Positions 29,620 to 39,935 of a stretch of DNA of 64,000 nucleotides are shown one piece after another (positions within the stretch are counted from its first letter, which is position 1; every line of letters starts with the position of its first letter). Below the pieces are notes generated by a model that was not told the origin of the DNA, made no database searches, and was given only the letters and a program-made list of their open reading frames with translations. The translations under genes were made by a program, and so were the position numbers. The DNA is from an uncultured Bacteroidales bacterium (GTDB lineage Bacteria > Bacteroidota > Bacteroidia > Bacteroidales > WCHB1-69). The stretch covers positions 339-64,338 of the forward strand of contig CAMORT010000006.1 of NCBI GenBank assembly GCA_946624065.1, given 5' to 3'.

Positions 29620-31275
29620 ATGAGAAAGATTTGGTTTTTATTCTTAATATTGGCGGGATACACCGCAATGGCGCAAAACACTCCCACCTGTTATCGGATT
29701 TCGCTTTCCGATAAAAACAACAGCCCGTATTCTATAAGTAATCCTTCGGTTTTCTTGTCACAGCGCGCCTTGGACAAGCGGGCGAGGTTCAACATCGCCA
29801 TTACAGAACAAGATTTTCCCGTAAATCCACAGTATATACAGCAAATTAAAGCAATAGACGCCAACATCCAGGTTCTTTGCACATCGAAATGGATGAACAC
29901 TGTGACCATATATTGTCCCGACAGCACCAAACCCGCCACCATCTTCGCCTTACCCTTTGTGACCAATGTTTTGCCCGTGGCGGATTACGATTTACAAGGA
30001 ATGAAAAAACAGCTTCAAACCTTTGAAAACAACTATGTATCCATCGTTTCCAATCCCGCCAAAGACTCTATGGCGGATTTGGACTATGGTGAGGGGTATA
30101 GGCAGATTGCTTTACACAACGGGCATTTGCTGCACAAGGAAGGTTTTCTTGGAAATGGGATGCTGATTGCCGTTTTTGACGCAGGATGGGCAGGTGTGGA
30201 TACGAGCGTTTATTTCCATCCATTATTTGAAAACGGGCAGATTCTGGGCACCCGTGATTTGATTCCGGGGCGCCATAATGTGTTTGAAGGTCATTATCAT
30301 GGCACGATTGTAACCTCCATCATGGCCATACTGGCGGAAGGCACGCTTGTGGGCACCGCACCAAAGGCCAATTATTTCTTTATTCGCTCCGAACATCCTC
30401 TCAGCGAGGAACTTATTGAAGAGGATTTCTGGGCTCAAGCGGCGGAAATCGCCGACAGTTTGGGTGCCGATGTCATTAATTCTTCATTGGGATACACTAC
30501 TTTCCGTGATTTTCCGCAAGGCGATTTCACCTATGAGGATGTGGATGGAGTAACCAGCATTGCTTCACGCGCCGCCACCATTCTGGGACAAAAAGGCGTC
30601 GTTGTATGCGTCAGCGCAGGCAATGAGGGCACCAGTCCATGGTACCATATTGGCCATCCCGCGGATGCTTTCGACATTCTGGCAGTAGGTGCCGCTAATG
30701 TGATGGGCCATATTGCTGGATTTTCCTCTCGCGGACCCTCATACGATGGGCGTGTGAAACCCGATATCACCTCCGTAGGTGTGAACACAACTTGCATCTG
30801 GCCTGACGACCGCCTTGGCGAAGCCGACGGCACCAGCTTGGCTTGCCCTGTGGCAGCCGGACTGTGCGCTTGCCTGTGGCAGGCGTTGCCCGAGAAAACC
30901 GCCTCCGAAATTATGCAAATCGTGCGGGAAAGCAGTTCCTGTTACAACAATCCCAATGACTCACTCGGATACGGAATCCCCGATTTCTACGCCGCTTACC
31001 AGAATCATGCGCACGATGGGGTGCCCGAGCATATTATTCCCTCAGCGCACATTTTCCCCAATCCCTGTACCAACCAATTCAACATCAGCAGCCGTGAGGA
31101 TAATATAGACCGTGTGGAACTCTTCTCCATAGACGGAAAACTTGTGCTAAGCACATGCCCTGACAAACATTACTACATTTCCGTCAATGTGCAAGATGTG
31201 CCAGCTGGGTTCTATATTGGTCGTATTTATTTGAAAAACAAGCAAATCCAGACTTTTAGAATTATCAAACAATAA
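29620..31275 (+). CDS. S8 family serine peptidase with T9SS C-terminal domain
   Basis: FDAG, HGT, SAGNEG and GTSLACP catalytic motifs; IFPNP...RIIKQ CTD. Confidence 0.92.
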   Translation: MRKIWFLFLILAGYTAMAQNTPTCYRISLSDKNNSPYSISNPSVFLSQRALDKRARFNIAITEQDFPVNPQYIQQIKAIDANIQVLCTSKWMNTVTIYCPDSTKPATIFALPFVTNVLPVADYDLQGMKKQLQTFENNYVSIVSNPAKDSMADLDYGEGYRQIALHNGHLLHKEGFLGNGMLIAVFDAGWAGVDTSVYFHPLFENGQILGTRDLIPGRHNVFEGHYHGTIVTSIMAILAEGTLVGTAPKANYFFIRSEHPLSEELIEEDFWAQAAEIADSLGADVINSSLGYTTFRDFPQGDFTYEDVDGVTSIASRAATILGQKGVVVCVSAGNEGTSPWYHIGHPADAFDILAVGAANVMGHIAGFSSRGPSYDGRVKPDITSVGVNTTCIWPDDRLGEADGTSLACPVAAGLCACLWQALPEKTASEIMQIVRESSSCYNNPNDSLGYGIPDFYAAYQNHAHDGVPEHIIPSAHIFPNPCTNQFNISSREDNIDRVELFSIDGKLVLSTCPDKHYYISVNVQDVPAGFYIGRIYLKNKQIQTFRIIKQ

Positions 31276-31289
31276 AATCAACCTTAACC

Positions 31290-31985
31290 ATGAAAAACAA
31301 AACACTGAACAATTTACTCTCCTTCTTCTACCCGCGCCTCTGCGTGGGTTGTGGCGACGCTTTGCAGCAGAATGAGGAACATCTGTGTCTGAACTGCATG
31401 ATGCACCTGCCGGAAACCAATTTTCACAAGGAGGCGGACAATCCGCTGACCAACATTTTTGCGGGGCGCGTGCGCGTACAAGAGGTGGCGGCATTGCTGT
31501 TTTACAAAAAAGGCACCTCGGCGCAACACATTCTGCATGCGCTCAAATATAAGGGACAAAAGGAGTTGGGCGCATATTTGGGTGAGTATTACGGCAAACT
31601 GCTCATCCAACAGCCGCGTTTCCAGCAAATTGATTACATCATCCCCATTCCTCTTCATCCGAAAAAACAGCGCAAAAGAGGATATAACCAAAGTGAGTGG
31701 ATAGCGAAAGGATTAAGCAAGGGTATGGGAAAACCATACCGGACCGATGTTTTATCGCGTGCTCAGTTCACGGAAACGCAAACCAAAAAGAGTCGTTTCA
31801 GCCGTTGGGAAAATGTGAAGGAGGTGTTCGTCGCCAATGAAACGGACGACATTAGAGGAAAGCATCTTTTGCTATGTGACGATGTGCTGACCACCGGAGC
31901 CACTATGGAAGCCGCCATTCAGCAACTGCAAACCATTCCGGACATCACCGTTAGCGTGGTGACACTGGCCACAGCGCAGTTTTAA
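31290..31985 (+). CDS. ComF family double zinc-ribbon phosphoribosyltransferase-like protein
   Basis: CVGC/CLNC, RGYNQSE and LLCDDVLTTGAT. Confidence 0.92.
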   Translation: MKNKTLNNLLSFFYPRLCVGCGDALQQNEEHLCLNCMMHLPETNFHKEADNPLTNIFAGRVRVQEVAALLFYKKGTSAQHILHALKYKGQKELGAYLGEYYGKLLIQQPRFQQIDYIIPIPLHPKKQRKRGYNQSEWIAKGLSKGMGKPYRTDVLSRAQFTETQTKKSRFSRWENVKEVFVANETDDIRGKHLLLCDDVLTTGATMEAAIQQLQTIPDITVSVVTLATAQF

Positions 31986-31989
31986 CAAT

Positions 31990-32313
31990 TTATAACGAAA
32001 ACTGCACGATGACAAAAACCAAACCCAACAGGAATGTGGAGATAATCAGACCGCGCCCAGTTTTATCATATTTGAGTTTCAGCAGATAGTGTCTCAAAAT
32101 GAAAAGGGAAGGTATCATGCTGATCAGGATCAATTTTGGCACAATCGTCTTGTAAAGAGACGGATTGTTAATCAGCATGTTCGGATTGGAATGCACCAGA
32201 ATACTCAAGACTCCAAACAAAATGCCAAAAACAATCGCAGGAATTACAATACCCAGCACAATGCCCATGGTATAGGTGTCTTTTCTTAAAAAATCTAAAA
32301 ATCTATTGAACAT
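31990..32313 (-). CDS. Small hypothetical membrane protein
   Basis: Three TM segments and KYDKTGRG; overlaps the surE stop. Confidence 0.7.
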   Translation of the reverse strand: MFNRFLDFLRKDTYTMGIVLGIVIPAIVFGILFGVLSILVHSNPNMLINNPSLYKTIVPKLILISMIPSLFILRHYLLKLKYDKTGRGLIISTFLLGLVFVIVQFSL

Positions 32314-33076
32314 TTTCCAAATATTTAATATCGTTCATTGCTTCATACGCCGTTAAATCATAATGAACGGGCTGAATGGAGATAAAATTGTGCTGCAATG
32401 CCCATTCGCAGGAATCTTCCTTATTATCCGTATTTACCAGATATCCGGTAAGCCAATAGTACTCACGCCCGTATGGGTCAACCCGTTTTTCCATATCCTC
32501 ATACCAATAGCCGTCCGTCTGGCGTGTGACTTTCATGCCTTTGATCTCTTCAAACGGGATTTTAGGCACATTGACATTAAGGCAAACATGCGGGGGAAGA
32601 CCTTTTTCCAATACGGATTTCACAATAATTTTACCGTAATGGACGGCCGCGGTGAAATCTGCGTTGGGAGAGTAATCCTGCACAGAAAGTCCGATGGCAG
32701 CCGTATCGAATGAGGCCTCAATGGCGGCACCCATTGTGCCAGAGTAAATCACGCTGACAGAAGAGTTGGAACCGTGGTTGATACCCGAAAGCACCAGATC
32801 TATTTTCCTTCCGCGGAGCACCACTTTCTGCCCAAGTTTAACGCAATCCACCGGCGTTCCGTTGGTGCGCCAATACTGCACACCATCAACCGTTTTGTAT
32901 TGACGGACATGCAACGGCACATTCATCGTAATAGCATGACCCATAGCCGATTGCACTTTGTCGGGGGTTACCACGACCACCTCGCCGAAAGTCTTGGCTA
33001 TCTCCACCATGGCTTCGAGACCTCTGGCCTCATAACCATCATCATTCACCACTAAAATCAAAGGTTTCTTTTCCAT
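32303..33076 (-). CDS. surE: 5'/3'-nucleotidase SurE
   Basis: LVVNDDG, GTPVDCV and SGINHGSN...YSGTMGAA. Confidence 0.97.
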   Translation of the reverse strand: MEKKPLILVVNDDGYEARGLEAMVEIAKTFGEVVVVTPDKVQSAMGHAITMNVPLHVRQYKTVDGVQYWRTNGTPVDCVKLGQKVVLRGRKIDLVLSGINHGSNSSVSVIYSGTMGAAIEASFDTAAIGLSVQDYSPNADFTAAVHYGKIIVKSVLEKGLPPHVCLNVNVPKIPFEEIKGMKVTRQTDGYWYEDMEKRVDPYGREYYWLTGYLVNTDNKEDSCEWALQHNFISIQPVHYDLTAYEAMNDIKYLENVQ

Positions 33077-33079
33077 TGA

Positions 33080-36000
33080 TTACTGTTTAACGATCTTTAT
33101 GGTTTTTACTGTCTGCCGGCCACTTATAATCTTCAAGATATAGATGCCCGGTACGAAATCCGCAATATCCACCATCTGTGTCATTTCTGTTAGCAGATCC
33201 TGTCTTAACACCCGACCTGTTAAGTCAAACAGTTGATAATTGGCGTTTTGTGCAACCAAATCTTCGTTAGAGACAATCTGTATCCATTGGGTAGTTGGAT
33301 TCGGGCTCACAGCAATGTCTGAAGTTTGATAGGATTCCACCGTAACCGGTCCGTTTGTGCACGGAAATTCAACCAGGTCGATCATAGCCCGGTCTTGACC
33401 GGAAGAGTAATAGGCATCTTTCTTATATTCCCACTTGAAGGTGTGTTGTCCTGCGGGCACATTAAAAGCAGCACGGGTCCATGAAACATTGCCGCTCCAA
33501 TTTTCCATTTTCTGATTATCAATATAGAAATTCAGGAAATCATAATCCGCCTCACTGGACACCTTGTAATAGAACGAAATTGAATCCGAAACCTCACTGT
33601 TAAGCGTTATTTTCAATGTACTTGTTGTATTGTTGCCTATTTGGCCAGAACGAGCGGCATAGGTACCTTCGTACGCACCTTGGTCAACGATAAACCAGCC
33701 ATTTGAACTGGATGTAACCCAATTATAGTCACTCATACTGTTGCTTTCCCAGCTTTCCGCTTCGGCGCCCACTTTCACCACAAAAATTTTCGAGGCGAAG
33801 TAGGGGTGCACCGAGTAACGGGTACGCACGCCAAACATGGAGGGCGCATGGATAGATGTGTCGATGGTTGCGCTAACACGGAGTTGCGAGGTGGCGTTTT
33901 TGGACAAAACAGGGGTTGCAAGTTCCTGAATATTCAAATTCAAGCGCTCATCATAACTGAAAAGTTTCAAATTACCCGCTTTGGCATCCCCGTTTCCATG
34001 GTTGGCTATTGTAAACACCAACTCAACGGTCTCGCCAAAATCAAATTTACCGTTATTGTTTCCCACGGAAGAATCGTCCACCTGCATGCTCATGACTACA
34101 ATATCGGGCGCGCAGATATCCAAGAAATATTTGGAACGGGTAGTGTCATTATTGCTATTGATAAACTCCACGGTGATTGGGGCTTTATGAAACGCCGGTG
34201 TTGCGGCGGCGATTTGCATGAAGAAGGAACCTGTGACGGTTGTGCTTTCGCCAGCCGCTAATCTGTTGATTATATGAACATTGTCATATAAGGAAATATA
34301 AGGATCGTCAGAATAAACGCGCGTTTTAATCACTTCCGCAGGTTGCGAACCAATATTGTTGACATTCAAATCCAAAATCATGAAATCACCGGATTCCGGA
34401 ATGTTATTCTGATCATCACGGAATGTAATGCCGTTACAAAGCACATACGGCCCGTCGGTGGGGATTCTTAAAATTTGACCTTCGAAAGGCAGATAGTTTG
34501 AAGCGGTAGCCAAAACAGTCAGGGTGTCAACCTCAACCGGAAGGTCCGAAATGCTCAACACAACTGTCCCGTTCTGGATTTTTCCGGAAGCCACTGCCTC
34601 GTTATTTTTGGATATGATAACTTTCGCATTCTCAACTGTAGAGTTGAAGGTAAGATTGGAAACACTTAAAGGGCATATCTCATTGAATGTGAGAGGTAAT
34701 TGTTGGGGCTCTGCCGTGCGCACCATCAGAGTGGGGTCGCCAAAAAGAATCCATGTGCGGGTAACCTCGTAATCGTTGTAGTTGTCCAGCATCTTGATGA
34801 ATCCGTTGAAAACAATACCACCGAATGTGTACTGCTGGGCTTTGCCATTGGAACCCGTGAGATACTGGTTCATGTGATCCTGTGCGCACATGGGAGACTC
34901 CCAAGGTTGGTTGATGGTGGACATCAGTGTGCTGACAGCGCCTGTCGGCTGACCGTCTTTTGTCGCACGCATCCAGGCCTCAGCGAAACAGGTTCTTCCA
35001 CTATAGTCTCCATTAACACAAGCCACAGAAATGATGAACGGAAGTTTGCCTATATTAGTCAAACCATTCACACCACTAACACTGAAACCCGTGGTTACCC
35101 AACTGGTTTCGGAACCGTGTCCGCAATAATTGATGATACCCACTCCACCGTTCACCTTTTGGGCAACCATGGATGCAGTAGGGTCTCCAGAGGCATCAAG
35201 ACCTCCTTGAGAACCCTCAAACAACTCATGACCAGAAGTATAGGTATAAGATGTCAACAGGTTTCCGATGTTGCGGATATGATCATAGTCATACTCGTTG
35301 TTGTCGCCAGGACCTTCGGAAGAGGCGATACCCAGAAAAACCGGAAAATGATCCGTTTGGGGCGGATTCTGCTCATACTGGATAAAACGCTCCACTTGTG
35401 TGGTCACATGGGCAACCGTTTCAGCGGAAATCTTGCCGATAATAACATCAGGATAGTTATCGGAGCCGGCAATTTCACCATAATAGTTGTCAGACACATT
35501 GCCACCCGCCATGATGTTCGGAAATTTGGTGTTATCGCCCACCAAAAGCACATAGGCCATGTGGTTTTCCTCGTAATAGGTTCTAATATAATTTTTCACA
35601 GCGGAACTGCTGTTCCCTATCGTTTCCAATGTCACGACCGTTGTCGGATAACCAGTCCTTGTTTTCCATTCCACATAGGGTTGTAAGGCGGAACTAAACT
35701 CCTCGGGCGTAATAATCAGAATGCTTCCCTCCTCGGTCAAGGGGTTGGATTTGGCACTGTTGAAATTGTAGTTAAGAAAATGATCAGCATAAATTGCGTC
35801 AAACGGTTTGTCTATCTTTTGCGGTTGTTTGATGGTTTGACGACAATTGAAGTTGATTTTGAATGTAATGGTTTTATACACTTTCAAGGTCTGACGAACC
35901 GGATTGTAGGCAAACGGGAACACCTGAACAGCGACACCATAAAAGTCGCGCAAGAGATAAGGTTCGCCCAAAGCGACAGAGTCTTCCAAAAGGAATGAAT

Positions 36001-36409
36001 CCTCTTGATATGCAGCGCCTTTGAAACTGGGCACAGTGGCAGGATCCACATTGCGGTACAATTTTCCTTTCGAAGGGGCCACTTTCACCTGATTCACAAT
36101 TTGGAAATCTGTGCTCAAAATTTCCGCTGTAGGACGGCTTCCTTCCGGAATAATCACTGATGCGGCAGATGAAAGCAGTTCCGGGAATCCGGCTTTTAAC
36201 AACGGATAGGCATCCTGCATGTGAAGGATTTTCATCTCTTCCCCATTAACCTGCACATTGTTCAAACTATAATCTGGAAAAGTCACTTTCACGCACACAC
36301 CATCGTTAGACGCGCTTAACAGCGTATATTGGACATTCTGTGCGTGTGACAAAGAAACCAATGTAAGTAAAACACTTACCCACAGGATTTTAAAAGATAT
36401 TTTTTTCAT
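33080..36409 (-). CDS. C25 family cysteine peptidase (Arg-gingipain-like) with propeptide, Ig/CARDB-like domains and T9SS CTD
   Basis: APSKGKLYRNVDP propeptide, INYCGHGSETSW and SVACVNG catalytic His/Cys, WILFGDP and VSPNP...KIVKQ. Confidence 0.92.
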   Translation of the reverse strand: MKKISFKILWVSVLLTLVSLSHAQNVQYTLLSASNDGVCVKVTFPDYSLNNVQVNGEEMKILHMQDAYPLLKAGFPELLSSAASVIIPEGSRPTAEILSTDFQIVNQVKVAPSKGKLYRNVDPATVPSFKGAAYQEDSFLLEDSVALGEPYLLRDFYGVAVQVFPFAYNPVRQTLKVYKTITFKINFNCRQTIKQPQKIDKPFDAIYADHFLNYNFNSAKSNPLTEEGSILIITPEEFSSALQPYVEWKTRTGYPTTVVTLETIGNSSSAVKNYIRTYYEENHMAYVLLVGDNTKFPNIMAGGNVSDNYYGEIAGSDNYPDVIIGKISAETVAHVTTQVERFIQYEQNPPQTDHFPVFLGIASSEGPGDNNEYDYDHIRNIGNLLTSYTYTSGHELFEGSQGGLDASGDPTASMVAQKVNGGVGIINYCGHGSETSWVTTGFSVSGVNGLTNIGKLPFIISVACVNGDYSGRTCFAEAWMRATKDGQPTGAVSTLMSTINQPWESPMCAQDHMNQYLTGSNGKAQQYTFGGIVFNGFIKMLDNYNDYEVTRTWILFGDPTLMVRTAEPQQLPLTFNEICPLSVSNLTFNSTVENAKVIISKNNEAVASGKIQNGTVVLSISDLPVEVDTLTVLATASNYLPFEGQILRIPTDGPYVLCNGITFRDDQNNIPESGDFMILDLNVNNIGSQPAEVIKTRVYSDDPYISLYDNVHIINRLAAGESTTVTGSFFMQIAAATPAFHKAPITVEFINSNNDTTRSKYFLDICAPDIVVMSMQVDDSSVGNNNGKFDFGETVELVFTIANHGNGDAKAGNLKLFSYDERLNLNIQELATPVLSKNATSQLRVSATIDTSIHAPSMFGVRTRYSVHPYFASKIFVVKVGAEAESWESNSMSDYNWVTSSSNGWFIVDQGAYEGTYAARSGQIGNNTTSTLKITLNSEVSDSISFYYKVSSEADYDFLNFYIDNQKMENWSGNVSWTRAAFNVPAGQHTFKWEYKKDAYYSSGQDRAMIDLVEFPCTNGPVTVESYQTSDIAVSPNPTTQWIQIVSNEDLVAQNANYQLFDLTGRVLRQDLLTEMTQMVDIADFVPGIYILKIISGRQTVKTIKIVKQ

Positions 36410-36530
36410 AAAAAAACAATTATCATTAAAAAGGCGCAAAAGTACAAAAAACAATGAATATTAGTCAATTATTCCTAAAAATAATATTTCTGTGGATTTT
36501 ATATCTTTGTCGGGCAAAAAATAAGAGAAA

Positions 36531-37058
36531 ATGGTTGAAAAAAAAGCACTTCGTCAGCAAGTCAGAGCACTGAAAAAACAGTTTACCGCCGAACAATTGG
36601 CGATGGAATCAGAAAAGATTATGAAAAAATTATCAAATCATCCTGATTTTCAGAATTCTGAGATTGTTATGTTATACGCCTCGCTGCCCGATGAGGTGCA
36701 AACCTTAGGATTTATTGAAGAATGGCGCAACCGCAAGCGCATCATCCTGCCCACTGTTGTCGGAGATGATATTATCCCGGTGGAGCTGACTGCTGGCAGC
36801 GGCATGGTAGAGGGCAACTTCCACATCTTGGAACCGGAGAACAATCCTTATGATGGTCCCATTGATTTAATCGTAGTGCCGGGTATGGCCTTCGACCGAC
36901 AAGGCCACCGTCTGGGCCGCGGAAAGGGGTATTACGACCGTTTCTTAATAAAATATCCCGAGGTGAAGACCATCGGGATATGTTTCAATTTTCAAATGTT
37001 GGATGAGGTTCCCGCAGAACCGCATGACCAATTGATTAATGAGGTAATCACCTGTTAA
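36531..37058 (+). CDS. 5-formyltetrahydrofolate cyclo-ligase
   Basis: IVVPGMAFDRQGHRLGRGKGYYDR. Confidence 0.95.
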   Translation: MVEKKALRQQVRALKKQFTAEQLAMESEKIMKKLSNHPDFQNSEIVMLYASLPDEVQTLGFIEEWRNRKRIILPTVVGDDIIPVELTAGSGMVEGNFHILEPENNPYDGPIDLIVVPGMAFDRQGHRLGRGKGYYDRFLIKYPEVKTIGICFNFQMLDEVPAEPHDQLINEVITC

Positions 37059-37720
37059 TCAGATGTTTTAATGCCATAAGCCAAGTCACCGGCGTCACCC
37101 AAACCGGGTACAATGTAGGAGTGTGCGGTCAGTTCCTCGTCAATGGCCCCGATCCAGAGTGTGCACTTGGAGGGTTTCAGGTGTTGCTGCAGATATTCCA
37201 CACCCTGGCGGCTGGCGATGATGCTCACGATGTGCGTGTGCTCCGGTTCACCTTTCGTCATCAATTCCTCGTACGCCAGCAACATCGACTTGCCCGTGGC
37301 CAGCATGGGGTCGGCCAGTATGAGTGTCTTGTCGTCCAGCTCCGGAGCCGACATATAGTCCACCTGAATCTCGAAGGTGCCGTCCTTGTAATATTTGCGG
37401 AATGCGGAGATGAAGGCGCTCTCGCCGTGGTCGAAGTAGTTGAGCATGCCCTGGTGCAGGGGCAGTCCGGCACGCAGGATGGTGGCCAGCACGGGCCTTT
37501 CCATCAGGCGCGGAATCTCAGCAATGCCCAGCGGGGTGGAGACCTCCTGCGGTTTGAATTTCATCGTTTTGCTGATTTCGTAGGCGAAAATCTCGCCGAT
37601 TCGCTCCAGGTTCCGGCGGAAGCGCATACTGTCGATCTGCACATCCGCACTTCTGATCTCAGCAATGAACTCATCAAAAAGAGAGTTCCGGTTTCCAAGG
37701 ACATTCAGGTTGTTTTTCAT
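37055..37720 (-). CDS. upp: Uracil phosphoribosyltransferase
   Basis: ILRAGL, DPMLATG and YIVPGLGDAGDLAYG. Confidence 0.97.
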   Translation of the reverse strand: MKNNLNVLGNRNSLFDEFIAEIRSADVQIDSMRFRRNLERIGEIFAYEISKTMKFKPQEVSTPLGIAEIPRLMERPVLATILRAGLPLHQGMLNYFDHGESAFISAFRKYYKDGTFEIQVDYMSAPELDDKTLILADPMLATGKSMLLAYEELMTKGEPEHTHIVSIIASRQGVEYLQQHLKPSKCTLWIGAIDEELTAHSYIVPGLGDAGDLAYGIKTSD

Positions 37721-37744
37721 TATTTTGGATTTTTGAGGGTGAAC

Positions 37745-37827
37745 GGAGAAAGAGGGAGGAAAAGAGAAAAGAGGATTGGAGGAGTAGAGGAGTAAAGGAG
37801 TAGAGGGAAAGAGGTGAATGGGGGGGT
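37745..37827. repeat. Polypurine/polypyrimidine degenerate 8-mer array
   Basis: Minus strand reads ccattcac ctctttcc ctctactc ctttactc ctctactc ctccaatc ctcttttc. Confidence 0.75.
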
Positions 37828-37861
37828 ATAGACTGTTGGGTTTTGGCTTTATAGCTAATGG

Positions 37862-39160
37862 TTAACAATTCTCAAAGACGCGTTTGAAAATGGTGGGCAC
37901 TTCCTTCATGTAATATTCCAATGTGAAGCATTGGGCAAGCTCCTCCGGTGTGAAATTTTGTTGAATAGTTTCGTTTTGGAGGAGAAGTTCCTGATAGTCG
38001 AGGCCGTCGAACCAAGCCTTCATGGCGATGGGTTGCACGAGGTCGTAAGCTTTCTCGCGGGCGAATCCCTTGTTGATGAGGGCGGTCATCACGCGTTGCG
38101 CGAAGATGACCTTATTGGTTATGTAGATGTGTTTCAGCATGTTTTCTGGAAAGACGACAAGGTTTTCCAAGATTTTGCCGAAGCGGTTAAGCATGTAGTC
38201 AAGCAGAATGGTGGCGTCGGGGAGCATGATACGCTCAGCGGAAGAGTGGGAAATGTCACGCTCGTGCCACAAGGGGATGTTCTCATAGGAACTCACCATG
38301 TAGCCCCGGAGGATGCGCGCGCATCCGCACATGTTCTCGCTGCCGATGGGGTTGCGCTTGTGCGGCATGGCGGAGGATCCTTTTTGTCCTTTTCCGAACG
38401 CCTCCTCGGCCTCACGGAGCTCGGTGCGTTGCCAATGGCGCACTTCCACCGCCATCTGTTCCATTGTGGAGCCGATGAGGGCCAATGTGCCCATATAGTG
38501 CGCATGGCGATCGCGCTGAAGCACCTGCGTGGAGATGTTGGCAGAGTGGATGCCCAATTGCTCGCACACATAGTCCTGAACAAACGGCGGCGTATTGGCG
38601 AAATTGCCCACCGCCCCACTAATCTTGCCGCATTCCACATCGGCGGCAGCGGCCTCGAAGCGGGCCATGTTGCGCTTCATCTCCTCATACCACAACGCCC
38701 ATTTCAGTCCCAAAGAGGTGATATCGGCGTGCACACCATGTGTTCGGCCAATACAAGGCGTGTCCTTGAACTCATAGGCGCGTTTTTTCAGAATCTCCAT
38801 GAAATGCTGGAGGTCCTTACGCAAAATCGTGTTGGCCTGCTTCAGCAGGTATCCGTTGGCCGTATCCACCACATCGGTGGAGGTGAGTCCGTAGTGTACC
38901 CATTTTTTTTCATCACCTAACGACTCGCTCACAGCGCGGGTGAAAGCCACAATGTCGTGGCGCGTTTCTTGCTCTATTTCATAGATGCGCTCCACTTTGA
39001 AAGTGGCTTTGTCGCGGAGTTTCTGCACATCTTCTGCGGGAACAACGCCCAATTTGCTCCATGCGGCGGCGGCTTCAATTTCTACTTTCAAGTAAGCGTT
39101 GAACTTGTTGTCTTCGGTCCAGACAGCACTCATTTCAGGTCGGGAGTAGCGTGGTATCAT
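37862..39160 (-). CDS. purB: Adenylosuccinate lyase (Bacillus-type, about 430 aa)
   Basis: [41 protein letters not shown] and [13 protein letters not shown]. Confidence 0.97.
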   Translation of the reverse strand: MIPRYSRPEMSAVWTEDNKFNAYLKVEIEAAAAWSKLGVVPAEDVQKLRDKATFKVERIYEIEQETRHDIVAFTRAVSESLGDEKKWVHYGLTSTDVVDTANGYLLKQANTILRKDLQHFMEILKKRAYEFKDTPCIGRTHGVHADITSLGLKWALWYEEMKRNMARFEAAAADVECGKISGAVGNFANTPPFVQDYVCEQLGIHSANISTQVLQRDRHAHYMGTLALIGSTMEQMAVEVRHWQRTELREAEEAFGKGQKGSSAMPHKRNPIGSENMCGCARILRGYMVSSYENIPLWHERDISHSSAERIMLPDATILLDYMLNRFGKILENLVVFPENMLKHIYITNKVIFAQRVMTALINKGFAREKAYDLVQPIAMKAWFDGLDYQELLLQNETIQQNFTPEELAQCFTLEYYMKEVPTIFKRVFENC

Positions 39161-39239
39161 AATTTTTGTGTTTTTCAATGAGGTTGCAAAGATACAAAAT
39201 TACTTTTTTTATATTTTTGCCCGCACTAATTTTAAAAAC

Positions 39240-39935
39240 ATGGCACAAGAAAAATTTGCTGTTATCGGAGCCGGCCATTTCGGTCAAGCTATCAGTCTCG
39301 CCCTCTCAGAGAAAGGACATGAGGTGCTCGTTATCGACAACGATATCAATGTTATACAAGAGATTTCCGAAGATGTGGCCTATGCGGTTTGCGTGGATGC
39401 CACCAACAAAAGAGCACTGCTCAATGAGAATATCCTGAACTTCGACGCGGTGATTGTTTCCATCGGCAACGACTTTGTGGGACGACTGCTGTGTACCGCA
39501 AACCTGCTGGATGTGGGCGTGAAACGCATCATCTGCCGTGTGATGGGCAAAAGCCAACGCACCATTTTGGAGAAAATGGGCATTACCGAGTTCCTCTCCC
39601 CTGAGGATGAAGTAGGCACATTGCTGGCCGAACGGCTTACCAACCCCAATATGATTTCCTATCTGCAACTGCCTGACGGATACAAGATTGCGGAGGTTAT
39701 CACCCCCAACCGGCTTATTGGTTTGTCTGTCGGCGACATCAACTTCCGCGACAACCACCGCTTGAGTTTGATCACTATCCGACGCAATTTCGAGGAGAAT
39801 GTGGCCGGCAAAACCGATACCAAACAACACATCCTCGGCGTGCCCGACAATAAAACCATCATCCAGGAAGGCGATGTGTTTGTCATTTTCGGAAAAGAGC
39901 ACGACATTGACAACTTCATCAAAATCAATCTGTAA
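39240..39935 (+). CDS. TrkA/KtrA potassium uptake regulatory subunit
   Basis: VIGAGHFG Rossmann fold plus a TrkA-C domain. Confidence 0.92.
   Translation: MAQEKFAVIGAGHFGQAISLALSEKGHEVLVIDNDINVIQEISEDVAYAVCVDATNKRALLNENILNFDAVIVSIGNDFVGRLLCTANLLDVGVKRIICRVMGKSQRTILEKMGITEFLSPEDEVGTLLAERLTNPNMISYLQLPDGYKIAEVITPNRLIGLSVGDINFRDNHRLSLITIRRNFEENVAGKTDTKQHILGVPDNKTIIQEGDVFVIFGKEHDIDNFIKINL

Noticed and set aside
36410-36530. 6S RNA upstream of the 5-formyl-THF cyclo-ligase gene
   Set aside because: The gap is only about 120 nt, AT-rich and occupied by divergent promoter boxes.
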